NCBI GenBank assembly: GCA_024137785.1
Contig: JAHRHZ010000085.1
Span: 1,863,941-1,927,940, forward strand
DNA from: Ginglymostoma cirratum
Lineage: Eukaryota
Direction of reading: 5' to 3'
DNA length: 64,000 nt
Shown here: positions 41,590-53,700 of the stretch, piece after piece
Layout of the letters: each line of letters starts with the position of its first letter
Position numbering within the stretch: the stretch's first letter is position 1
The notes under the pieces: generated by a model
What the model was told of the DNA's origin: nothing
The model's input: only the letters and a program-made list of their open reading frames with translations
The model's database searches: none
Translations under genes and position numbers: made by a program

Positions 41590-41734
41590 CTAACTGTTAT
41601 GAGTAATTGAAAAGAAAATCTTAATGAAGTATATTTTAAAACTTTGACCATCATATTCCACTGGAGGATGTTCACTGCATGGCTCTAACTTTCCACTGGT
41701 TACATTGTTTCTCTTGGTCGCTTCACTTCGACAC
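41590..41734 (-). CDS. Exon: cytoplasmic tail (R)CRSEATKRNNVTSGKLEPCSEHPPVEYDG..., to TAG at 41590 or spliced out at 41649
   Basis: Acceptor cctcacttttctttgagcag|G is phase 2 and matches the TM exon donor. The frame is open and hydrophilic. Confidence 0.65.
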
Positions 41735-44700
41735 CTGCTCAAAGAAAAGTGAGGAATCAGGATAACCCTTTCAAAATTTCTATGATTAGAAACCATTGAC
41801 AGTAATTTTGCAGTAACCCCTATCAAGGCAGTGACAATGACAGCAAGCTAATTCACAGAAAAAAATGGAGGGCAAGTAATTTAAACACACTTTTGATGTA
41901 AAAGAAATTTAAGTAGAGATTTAACAGGTAATTATAGACTGGTTATTCTGATATCAATAATAGGGAAATTGCTAGAGTCCATTGCAAAAGATTTAAAACA
42001 GCATACTTGGGAAGCAGTGAGAGATAGTAAGAACTGCTAATGCTGGAGTCAGAGATAATGCAGTGCGGAGCTGGAGGAACGCAGCAGGCCAGGCAGCATC
42101 AGAGGAGCAGGAAAGTTTACGTTTCGGGTCAGGACCCTTCTTCAGAAATGGGGCCCAGTGTGTTCCTCCAGCTTCGCACTACTTAGGAAACAGCGACAGG
42201 ATTGGACAGTTAGCATGGATTTACAAAACAGAAATTATGATTGAAAAAAAAAACTACTGGAACTTTTCCCAAGTGTAACTAGTAGAGTTAATAAGAGGAA
42301 GCCAGTGGATGTGCTTTACTTGGACTTTCAGAAGGCTTTCAGCAATGTCCCACATAAGGGGCTGGCATGTAATGTTAAAAAGCATGGATTTGGGGATAGT
42401 GTCTTGAGATGGATAGAAAACTAGTTAGCAGGTAAGAAACAAACAGTAAGAATAAATGGGTCTTTTTTTCTGAGTGGCAGGCTGTGTTGCAGTGTTCAGT
42501 GCTTTGACTCCAGCTATTCACATTTATAAATGATTTCAATGAGGGAACTAAAAGAGTGTACTGATGGAAATGGAGTGTAAACAGATACACTAGTAACATT
42601 CAGAAAGAAATTTGAGAAATCATTTAAAAGAAGTAAAGCAAATGCAACATTTCCGTGAAAGGCCAAGAGTATATGGACTTCTGTACCCACTATTTGAGAG
42701 TGATGACTTATTTGAAGACCTCAGTTCAAAGTGGGAAAAGATTTTTATTGAAGTGTAAATACTGGGAACTTGATAACAGAGCCAAGATTGGCTCCAAAAT
42801 TAATTAACAAATTTCATACCTTCTTTCCATGTTATAAGTCTACAAATGCTGTTGAACATTAGAATTCTGTCTTAAAACGCTTACCGAAAGAACCTATCTG
42901 ATGCAATATGGTCGAATATGATCACTGCTAGTATAATAATTACCAATATCCCCAATATGGATCGATAAATCAGGTGGCCAGGAATGACAACATGATAATC
43001 TGGAAAAGTATAAGGTAATCAGTGACTCACTCAGAACATACCATTTTAATAACATTTTGACAGCTGAAGAATCCAGAATCATCGTGTATTCAACTTGCTA
43101 GCCTCTAAACCCACTCATAGTTGCTCAAAGCAATATAGGCTATTGAATATTTTACAGTTTAAGTGCATTAGGGTACAATAAAAATGAATTTGTTTATTTG
43201 CCAAGAAATTGCCCACGCTTTGGTAAATGTTGTGTTTCTCCGTTATGCTTTTCCATATGAAAAATAAAATCCAAAGAACATAATTTAAAAGTCCTCTTTT
43301 CAAGCAATCATAGATGAATTAGCTATTTAGTATTATTGGATTCATTCACGGGATGCATGCATCGCTGGTTAGGACAGCATTTATTACCTTTCCTGAATTT
43401 GGCACTTGAGCAGTAGTTGGAAAGAGGGTGAGTTTATTAAAGCAAAATAAAAATCATGGGATATGGGCAACTGTATCTAGGCTAAAATATATTGTCCATC
43501 TCTAATTGCCCTGGAGAAGGTAATGATATTATCCATTTTTGATTCACTGCAATCTATGTCAGAGAGTCATAGGGTCATAGAGCTGTATAGCATGGAAACA
43601 GACCCTCTGGTCCAACTCATCCATGCCAACCTTATATCCTGAATTAACCTAGCCCCATTTCTCAGCATTTGGCCCATATCCCTCTCAATGCTATTCATGT
43701 ACCTGTCAATATGCTTTTTAAATGTTATAATTGGACCAGCCTCCACTGCTTCCTCTGGCAGCTCATTCCATACATGTACCAATCCCTCTGTGTGAAAAGG
43801 TTTCCCCTTGGGTCCCTTTTAAATCTTTCCCCTCTAACCTTGAACCTGGGCCTCTAGGTTTGAACTCACCTACCTTGGGGAAAAGATCTTGTCTATTGAC
43901 CCTATCCATGCCCCTCGTGATTTTACAAACCTCAAAAAGGTCACCCCTCAGCCTCTGAAACTTCAGGTAAAATAGCCCCAGTCTATTCAGCCTCTCCCTT
44001 TAACTCAAACCCTCCAACTCTGGCAACATCCCTGTAAATCTTTTCTGAATCCTTTAAGTTTCACAATATCCTTTCTATAGCAGGGAGATGAGAATTGTAC
44101 ACAGTATTCCAATAGTGGACTAATTAATGGCCTGTACAGCCACAACATGACCACCCAACTCCTACACTCAATGCATTGACCAATAAAGACAAGCATACCA
44201 AACGCCTTCTTCACAATTCTGCAACTCCACTTTCAATGAACTCTGAACCTGCACTCCATGGTCTCTTTGTTTGGCAACACTCCCCAGGACCTTACCATTA
44301 AGTGCATGTGATGTACAGTTTTGCACAATTCTGTTAGGGAGAGGGTTTCAGGATTTTGACACAGTAATGGTGAAGGAATAATGATACGGTTCCAGGACAG
44401 GATGGTGTGTGGCCTAGGTTGGAACTTGCAGGTGCTGGTGTTCCCATGTATCTACTGCCCTTGTGGTACTGATCATAGGTTTGTAAATTGCTGTCTAAGC
44501 AGCTTTGAGGAATACAAATAGGACATGTTCAAGAAACATATTTAGATGGCGTGCATGCTGAAACTGACCTGGTACTACTTCTTGATATCATATATTAAGA
44601 CTCCTATTTGTTTTGGTTATCTGTATTACCGATGTTACATTGGGGATTGTAAATAAATAGCCATAGCACCATTTAATATAAGAGCCAATTGAGTCTATTC

Positions 44701-47700
44701 TGCCAGTTAATACGATTATAGCTGGTACGGCAGTACTCAGCAACACTTTCTTGTCTTTTCTTCAACCCTTGATTTCCTCACTCAATAAAATGTATTGCAG
44801 TCTTGAATATATACAATGACATAGTCACTACAGCCATCTGCAGTGAGGAATTCCACAGATTCACTACCCTCAGAGAAGAAATTTCTCCTAATCTCTATTC
44901 TAACTAGATGACTCCTTACGCTGAGATTATGGGTTCTGATCCTAGACAGGGGGTCAGCAACCTTTCAGCATTCAACTTGTCAAGCCACCTAAGAATATTA
45001 TATGTTTCAAGAATGTTACCTGTCATTCTTCTAAACTCAAATGAGTACAGGCCCAACATACTCAACCTTCCCTATAAGAAAATTCCTCGATACCAGGATC
45101 ATCCTAATGAAGCTTCTCTGGACTGTGCCCCAGTGCCAGTATATCTTTACTTCAATAAAGAGAACAAAGCTGTTAATGGCATTCTAAATATGGTCTAACT
45201 AGTGCCTTTAAAAACCTTCCTATTCGTGGATCCCATTCTCTTTGACATAAAGGTCAACTATCCATTTATTTTCCTGATTACCTGCTGAACTTGTATGATA
45301 GGTTTGTGATTAATGCATGAGGACCCCAAATTGTTTGTGCTCCAGTTTTCTGCAAATTTTCTCCATTTCAATAATACTCCATTTTTCTTCCTGCCAAAGT
45401 GGAATATCTCACATTTTCCTACTTTACATTCCAACTGCTAAGTATTTCCCTCCTGCATATCCTGTCTATATCTCTGTAGCCTGTGGCACCTTGGTCACTT
45501 GCCTTCCCATTTATTTTTGTGTCATCTGCTAACGTGGTGATAGCACATTCACTGCACTCATCCAATTCATTTACATTCGAAATACTGTGGCCCGAGCATT
45601 GATGTCTAAGCACTCCACTAATTATAGGTTAAATATAGATTATAGATACCCTCTCTGTCCCAATTTTCTGTTTTCTGCTCGTTAGATAATTCCGTATCAA
45701 TATTAATATATTTCCTCTAATATAATGGACTCATCTTAGTAAGTTGTCTTATGTATGGTACCTTATTGAACACCTTTTTGAAATCCAAAAATATTACATT
45801 TATTGATTCCTCATTCTTGTTTATTAACCCCTGAAATGATTCTAGTAAATTTGAGAGCCATGAATTAGTCTTTATTTTATTAAATAATCCCTACAGTGTG
45901 GAAAGAAGCCACTGAGCCCTTTGAGTCTGCACCAACCCTCCAAACAGCATCCCACTCAAGCCTAGACTCACATTGTATCCCATAATCCTGCATTTACCAT
46001 GGCTAATCCACATAGCCTGCACACTATGGGGCAATTTAGCATGGTCAATCCACCTAACCTGTGCATCTTTGGACTGTTGGAGGAGACCAGAGCTCCTGGT
46101 AGAAACCCACACGGACAAGGGGAGAATGTGCAAACTCTACACGGACCGTCACCCAAGGCTGGAATCAAACCCAGGTCTCTGGTGCTGTGAGGCAACAAAG
46201 CTAACCACTGTGCTGACTTTGCTTACTTATGTTATGTATCTATAAATGATATGCAATTATATAATTTACAATAAGGCCTAATATTTTGCCAATGACAGAT
46301 ATGAAGCTAATTAGCCTATAATTACCTGATTCTTTTTGTTTCCCTTGCCCTTTGAAGCAAAGTGTTACAATGGCAGTTTTCCAATCCTATGGAACTTTTC
46401 CATTAGCTCTCTAGCAACTGTCTTTAATATACTAGCATACATCTGACAGGTTCTGTCAGCCTTTAACCGCATCAATTTCTCTTGGACCTATTGTCTCGTG
46501 ACAATTATTGTATTGATCTCTGCTGACTTTGTGTTTTTCACTTTGAAGAATACGCAATGACAGGGTTAAAGAAGCAACTCTGCTGAAGTGCACTTGTGGG
46601 ACAAAATGCTGTTATATGAACCAGCCTGGGTTTGAGTGGTAAAATTCTGAGAAGATCATAGTCCAATATTTATCCTTTAGGTACCCTGTGTTACAGCAAA
46701 AAGACCATTCCCTGCTCTGAGTGCTAGTTATGTTGTGGAGTGAGTTTGCAGATTAATTTCAATGCAGAGATTAAAAAAAGTAATGAATTTTGGTAGGAAG
46801 AACATGAAGAAACAATGTAGAAGAAAGGTACAATTCTCCAGGGTTGGAAGGCAGGAGGAACATTGATGTTTATATACATAAATCATGAAAGGACACAGGA
46901 CAAGTTAGAGAGCTATTAAAACAAAATTCGGTACTTAGTGCGTTATTGATTGATGCAGAGAGTATAAGAGCAAACAGTTTATGTTGAAAAATTATGAAAG
47001 GCAGCTTGGGTCTCAGCTAGAATACTGCATCCATTTCCAGTCACCACCTTCAGGAAGGATCTTAAGGAACTGACGAGGTTACAGAACCAATTCACAGGAT
47101 AGTTCTAGGGGTGAAAATTTCTCCAATGAATATCAATACAGGTAAGTTATCACTATTTAGCTTAAAGAAAGAAAAGCTGTGATTTAAGTGGATTGAGGTT
47201 TTCAAAATCACTTGTCAGAGTGGATAAGAAGGAACAGTTCCCATCTAAGAAAAAAATCAAGAACAAGAGGGAACAAATTTAAACTAAAAAGTAAAATAAG
47301 CAAAAATAGTGTGGTTTGGTTCCAGAAGGCACCGCACAGGTTAAGAATTTAGAATTTCACAATAGCTTCAAACAAGTAGCTGGGAAGGAAGAATGTGCAT
47401 GATTCTACGGAGAAGACAGGGAAGTGGCATTCAATGTGTTCCTCACACATGGGGTAGGCACCACGAGCCAAAAGGTGTTGTTCTGTGCTGCAAAGCATCT
47501 GTAATTTTGAGACTTCTGTGTGGTAACTTTCATATTTACATATTGATGAGAATTGGGATTAGATTATCAGGAATTTTATGATCCCTTGTAGAACATTGCA
47601 TCCATTGTCAACACATTATTAGAGGTTTGGTTGAAGATGTCACCGGGCATCATCCTCATTTGCTGATTCAATTAAAACTATGCCATATGTTGACTGAGTC

Positions 47701-50700
47701 ATGAAGGAGAATGTTAACTGGCCATTCTCCTTTAACATTTGAAATGTTCCAATTAGCTTACATCTTCACTGCTTTACGTTGATACAATCTAGCTCCCAGA
47801 GCTCAACTTAATCTGAAATGTCACATCTTTGATGCCATCAAACAAATCATATTTTGTGTCATACAAATTAATCAGGCAACATCTTCATATCATGTCTAAA
47901 TTCAGTCTATCCAGCAATGTGTATATGCTAGACATAAACACAGGGAACCCATTACCCCAGTTTAGAAATCTACTGTCCTTTTCTGAGTCTCTCCGACTTG
48001 CTGCCAAGACCATTTTAAACCTCTCTGAAGCAGAACACTAAGCAGATTTTCTATTCAGTTAATTTAAATGCATTTCTACATGACACACTTAAAATTTCAT
48101 TACAACCAGGAGAATTTTCATCTGATATTACTTTGCAAACAATAACATTCTCAGTGTGCTTCTTTTGCAAATCTGCTTCAATGTTTATATGTACCTAAAA
48201 TCATTTTATAGGCTCCTTCACCCCTAGCTTCCTTTATCATTCTATACAGTACAATATTGTTGCCTAAATTTAGATAGATGAATGCATCCTGCCACATTAT
48301 TCATGTTATGTTAAGCCTACATACAATTCTGAAATACTAGTGGATTTGAAAATTCCACAGTACTATCAAAATTAAATACAGAATACTCTTTATATTTTAT
48401 AAGTAACCCAATATCTGCAGTTACAGCTCAACCACTGCTGATTGAACCATATAAATGCATCACGTTTGTTGTAATTTTACCTACGTTGTTGACAATGTAA
48501 CTGCAATTTGCTGGAACAGTGATAGAAACATGATAGACTTGACAGGTGTAAACTGTGCCATGCTCAATTGGCTGTGCCTCTTCTATGGAACTGATGACTT
48601 CATACAGTCCGTCTGCCGTTTCCTGCTGTACAGTTGTAATTCCTGTCAGAATTCTGGTGCTGTTTTTATGCCAGGTAACATTAAATTCCTTCGGGTGAAA
48701 CTCAGCCGTTTGACACTGGAGTCTCAAAAAGGTAGATGAAGACTTGTGGAACGATGTAGAGACAATCTTCAGGGGTACAGGAGCAGCTAAATTTAAAAAA
48801 AAAATAAAAAAAAGAGGATATCTTTAACTGCTTTATTTCATTTACATTGCTCAGCAATCATGTCAAGGCTTTGTAGTTGGATCTTAGATCAATGTTTCAT
48901 GTGAATGGGTTCCAAAATAATTCATTCCTTGCTGTCCAGCACTGAGGTGAAAATGATTGCTCTTCACATTGTGGAAACAGTTACTAAGCAGGCCAAATCA
49001 AAACCTTAGTAAGCCAGAATAAGTCGGGTGGGTGTTGTCCTGAGGAAGAGTCACCCAACCTGGAACATTAACTGATTTTTTTTTCACACACTGAAGCTGC
49101 CAGACCTGCTTAATTTTTCCAGCTACTTCTGTTTTTGTGCTCGTTTAAACATTTTCCATCAGGAATTAAACCAATTTTCCTTTGAGGAGTCTTTGCGAGA
49201 CTTCCTTGGCCAATACATTCCAAATTTAGAGGGATTTCTGTTGATTTTCACAGGTATCTTCCTCATTCTCAACCATTCCTTTGTTGTATGCTGCAGTAAT
49301 GCAGTAACACCACTCGACGCATTTGTACTGAATGATATATATTTATTTGTTTGTTTTCCTTTTTTTGAAAGATGTTATGGCACTAATCCTAAATATTATA
49401 TGCCTACGTGTTAAATATTTTATTTTGGAATATATAAATAAGACTTTAAAAAATTAATTGATGATAAATCTCTCATGTGCTGTTTCAGAAGTGGAAACAT
49501 AGACATTGTAGTCAATCCTTCTCCCTCAACCACACGTGGTATGCCCTCTGTTTTTCCAGCATGTCCAGTTAACATGTTGCTGGATGTTAAGATCCAGCAA
49601 CAACTCCCGTAGATTGTGATGAGCAATATCATTCTTGCATTATTTTACGTTATTGAAGGTTCATTGCTCTAGCTTGTTCAATACTGAGTGTCTATGGAAC
49701 ATATGGTGAACTTTTAGTGTCATAGAGTCATGGTGCAGAAGGAGGCTATTCAGCCAATTATATCTGTACCAGCTGTATTCCCTAGTGCCAATTTTGTGGC
49801 CTGTCCCCATACCCCTATGCAAAAACGTCCAAACACATGTTTTGCACTCATGGGACGTGTGTGTCGCTGGCTGGCAATGACTTTATTGTCCATCCCTAGT
49901 TGCCTTTGAACTGATTGTCTCGATACAGCATTTCAGAGGGCAGTTAAAAGTCAACCACATTGTGTGAGTCTGGAGTCATATGGAGACCAAACCAAGCAGA
50001 TTTCCTTCTTTAGTCATTGGTGAATTAATCATGAGTGAACTCGATCGGTTTTTCCAATGATCGTCAATGGTTGCATTGTCATCAGTCAATTCTTAATTCT
50101 GGAGTTTTTGTTAACTGAATTCAAATTCCACCATCTGCCGTGGTGGGACTTGAACCCGGATCCCCAAAACATTAAGCTGAGCTTCTGGGTTAAAAATCTA
50201 GCAACAATACCACTGCCGCCAGGGCTTCACCTCCCCACACCTCTTGAATTTCTCAATTGAACTTGCCTCTGCTACATTTCCAGGCAGTGCGTTCCACACC
50301 CTAACAGCTTTCTGTGTGAATTTGATTTGTTTTCTCGCATCATCCTTGCTTCATTGGAGGCCACCTCATCCATGTGTCTTTTACTAACAGAAACAGCTTT
50401 GCCCTATCTATTCTGTCCAGCATACTCATGTTTTTGAAAATCTCAATCAGATCTCCTTTCAAACTTCTTCTCTCCAGAAAGAACAATCCCAACTTCTTCA
50501 AGCTATTCTCATAGCTGAAGTTTCTCATCCCTGGAACCATTTTAATAAATCATTCCTGCACTCTCTGCAATGCTTTCACATCATTCCGATAATGTGGACC
50601 ACAACTATACACACTACTCCAGATGAGATCTAATAAGTGTCTTGTACAATTTCAACATCACTTCCCTTTCTTGAGATAGCTTTGAAGAACTTAAATGATC

Positions 50701-53700
50701 TCTGAGTAGGAGATCTGCTGGGGACCAGAAACCATAATATGGTAGATGTTAGCTTTCTGTTTGAGATTGGGTAATTTGGATTGGAGCAATTGTGCCAAAC
50801 TTAAATAAGGGTAGTTAAATAGGAATGAGGGCTGAGTTGTTTAGTGTGGACTGGGAAAATAATTTAGCAGAAAAGATGGTTGAGGAGCAAAAGCAAATAT
50901 TTAAGAAAATAATTCATGACTCATCACAAAGATATCTCCCGTTAAGGAAAAAGGATTCTTGGAAGGACATTCAACAAGCATGGTTATCCAGGAAAGTTAA
51001 GGATGGTATCAATTTCAAAGAAAATACATACAATTTGACAAATCTTAGCTGCAAACCAGAGAATTAGGAATGATTTAAAAGCTGTAAAAGATACATAAAT
51101 AAAATTAAGAGTGATCAAATAAACTATGAGGGGAAATTAACAAGCAAGTAGTAAGAGCTTATTTAAATATATTTAAAAAAAGGACAAGGGATTCCAAAAT
51201 GAACACTAGCTCCATAAACAAAAAGGCAGGGTTGACAAAATAGGAATGAGGAATCTGTAAATAGCAAATTGAAAAAAAATACTATGCATCAATTTTCATA
51301 GCATAGGGCATGTGGTGGTGGTGAAAATAAACACAGCAATTACCATGAGTGTACTGGGGAACCAAATGAGGTTCAAGGCTGACGAATCCCCTGGACCTGA
51401 TGAGGTGTATCCAAGGATTTTAAAAGAAGTAAATGCATATATAATGGATAAATTGATAGGAATCCTTAGTTTCTGGTCAAGTCCCAATTAGAAAACTGCC
51501 AATGTAACATTCTTATTCAAAAAGGGAGGGAGACCAAAAAAAAAGGTTATGTCACCAAAGGTGTCCCACAGGGATTGGTGCTGGTTGCACTTTTGTTTGT
51601 CATTTATATAAATGAATTGGATGAAAATGTAGAAGGCATGGTTAATAAGTTAATGGATGGCACCAAGATTGGTGGTATAGTGGCCAGTGCAAACGTTATC
51701 TAAGATTACAAAGAGATCTTGATGAATTGGGTCAATGTGTTGATGAGTTACAGATGCAGTTTAACTTGGATAAATGTGAGGTATTGCATTTGGTAAAATA
51801 AACAAGGGCAGGAATTATACAATTATAAGTAGGGCCTTGGGAAGTGTTGTAGAACAGACAGACCTAGGGTTCAGGTACATATTTCTTTGAAGTTTGCATC
51901 ACATATAGATAGAGTGGTTAAGAAGTCATTTAGCATGCTTGCTTTCATTGCTCAGGCCTTTGAGTATAGAAGTTGGGACATTATATTGAGGTTGTACAGT
52001 ACATTGGGTGAGGCCTCTTCTGGAGTTCTGTGTCCAGTTCTGGTCACCCTGTTATAGGAAGGATATTATTAAGCTGGAGAGGGTTCAGAAGCAATTTACC
52101 AGTATGTTGCCAGGATGGAGGGCTTAAGTTATGGGGAGAGGCTGGATCAGCTGGGACTCTTTTTCACTGGAGCATAGGAGATTATGGGTGAGCTTATAGA
52201 AGTTTTTAAACCATGAGGGCTATTAAAGAGGTGGTTAGCAGGTGTCTTTTCCATGGGGTGGGGGATTTCAAGAGTAGGAGACATATTCTTAAGGTGAGGG
52301 GAGAGACATTTATAAAAGACATGAGCGGCAATTTGTTATATGCAGGGAGTGGTTCATGTGTGGAATGAGCATCCAGAGGAAGTGATGGATGCTGGTGCAG
52401 TTACATTGTTTGAAAGACATTTGGATAAGTACATGAATAAGAAATATTTGGAGGGAAGGGGCCAAATGCTGGCAAGGTGGAAATTGTTTAGTTCGGGATT
52501 GTGGTCAGCACGGACTGGTTTGACCGAAGGGTTTGTTTTCATACTGTATGACTGTATGACTCTATGACTGTATGACAGGCTGGTTAACTTAACAGCTGTT
52601 AATATGAAATGTTAGAGTCTATTTTATAACATATACTTATGACTTGGATGATGGAATTGTGTATTCCATTGCCAAGTTTGTTGATGGCACACAGACAGTA
52701 AGTGGGTAGGCCAGCGTTGAGGCTGACACTGTAAGTCTTTAGAGAGATACGAACAGGCTAAATTAATGGTCAAAAGCTTGACAGATGTGGACAATATGAG
52801 GTCATGCATGTCAGCCGGAAGAACAGAAGAGCTGAATATGAATTAAAGGGGGAAATATTACAGAAAGCTGCAACACAGAGTGATTTAGACATTCCTAGTG
52901 CATGGATCACAAACAGCTAACAACCTCCAATCAGTGATAGGAAAGGCAAATTGCATGATCTTATTTCAAAAAGAATGGGGCAAAGAAATAGGGACATTTT
53001 GTTAAAACTATACAAGTGAGACACATCTAAAACAGTTCATTTTCCCTTATCTAAGGAAAGATGTATTGGCATCGAAGACAGTTCAGAGAAGGTCCACTGA
53101 GATGTTTCCAGGTGTGGGGGATTTTAGTGTGAGGAAAGGTTGAGTAGTTCAGGTTTGCAATCATTTGAGTTTAGAAGAATAGTAGGCAACCTTGTTGAAA
53201 CAGATATGATTCGTAGAGACAGTTAAAGATTCAATGGCTTCCCAGAGCATTTGCTGGGAGGTTGTTTCTCATTGGGGTTTAATGTAGGACCAAAGGGCAT
53301 CATCTCAGAGCAAGGAGTCACTCACTTAAAACAGACAAGGAAACATTTATTGTATTAGAAGGTGGTAAATCCATGGAATTCTTTTTGGCAGATGACTGTT
53401 GAGAGTGACATAATTCAGAACTGACATGGAGAGATGTTTAATCAATGGTTAGTGGGATAAGGCAGGAAAATGAAGTTGAAATCAGATCAGCCATGATCTC
53501 ATTGAACGGAGGAACAGACTTGATGGACAGAATATCAAACATCTGCTCCTTCAACTTATGGTCTTATTTTGTGATTTTACCAAATGACCATCAAAGGCAC
53601 AAAAACAGAAGTTGCCGGGAAAGCTCAGCAGGTCTGGCAGCACCTGTGAAGAAAAAAATCAGAGATAATATTTCGGGTCCGGTGACCCTTCCTCAGAACT

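Noticed and set aside
49420-49632. ORF with a signal-peptide-like start MILLITIYGSCCWIL
   Set aside because: No convincing splice donor, and it is intronic between V and C1.
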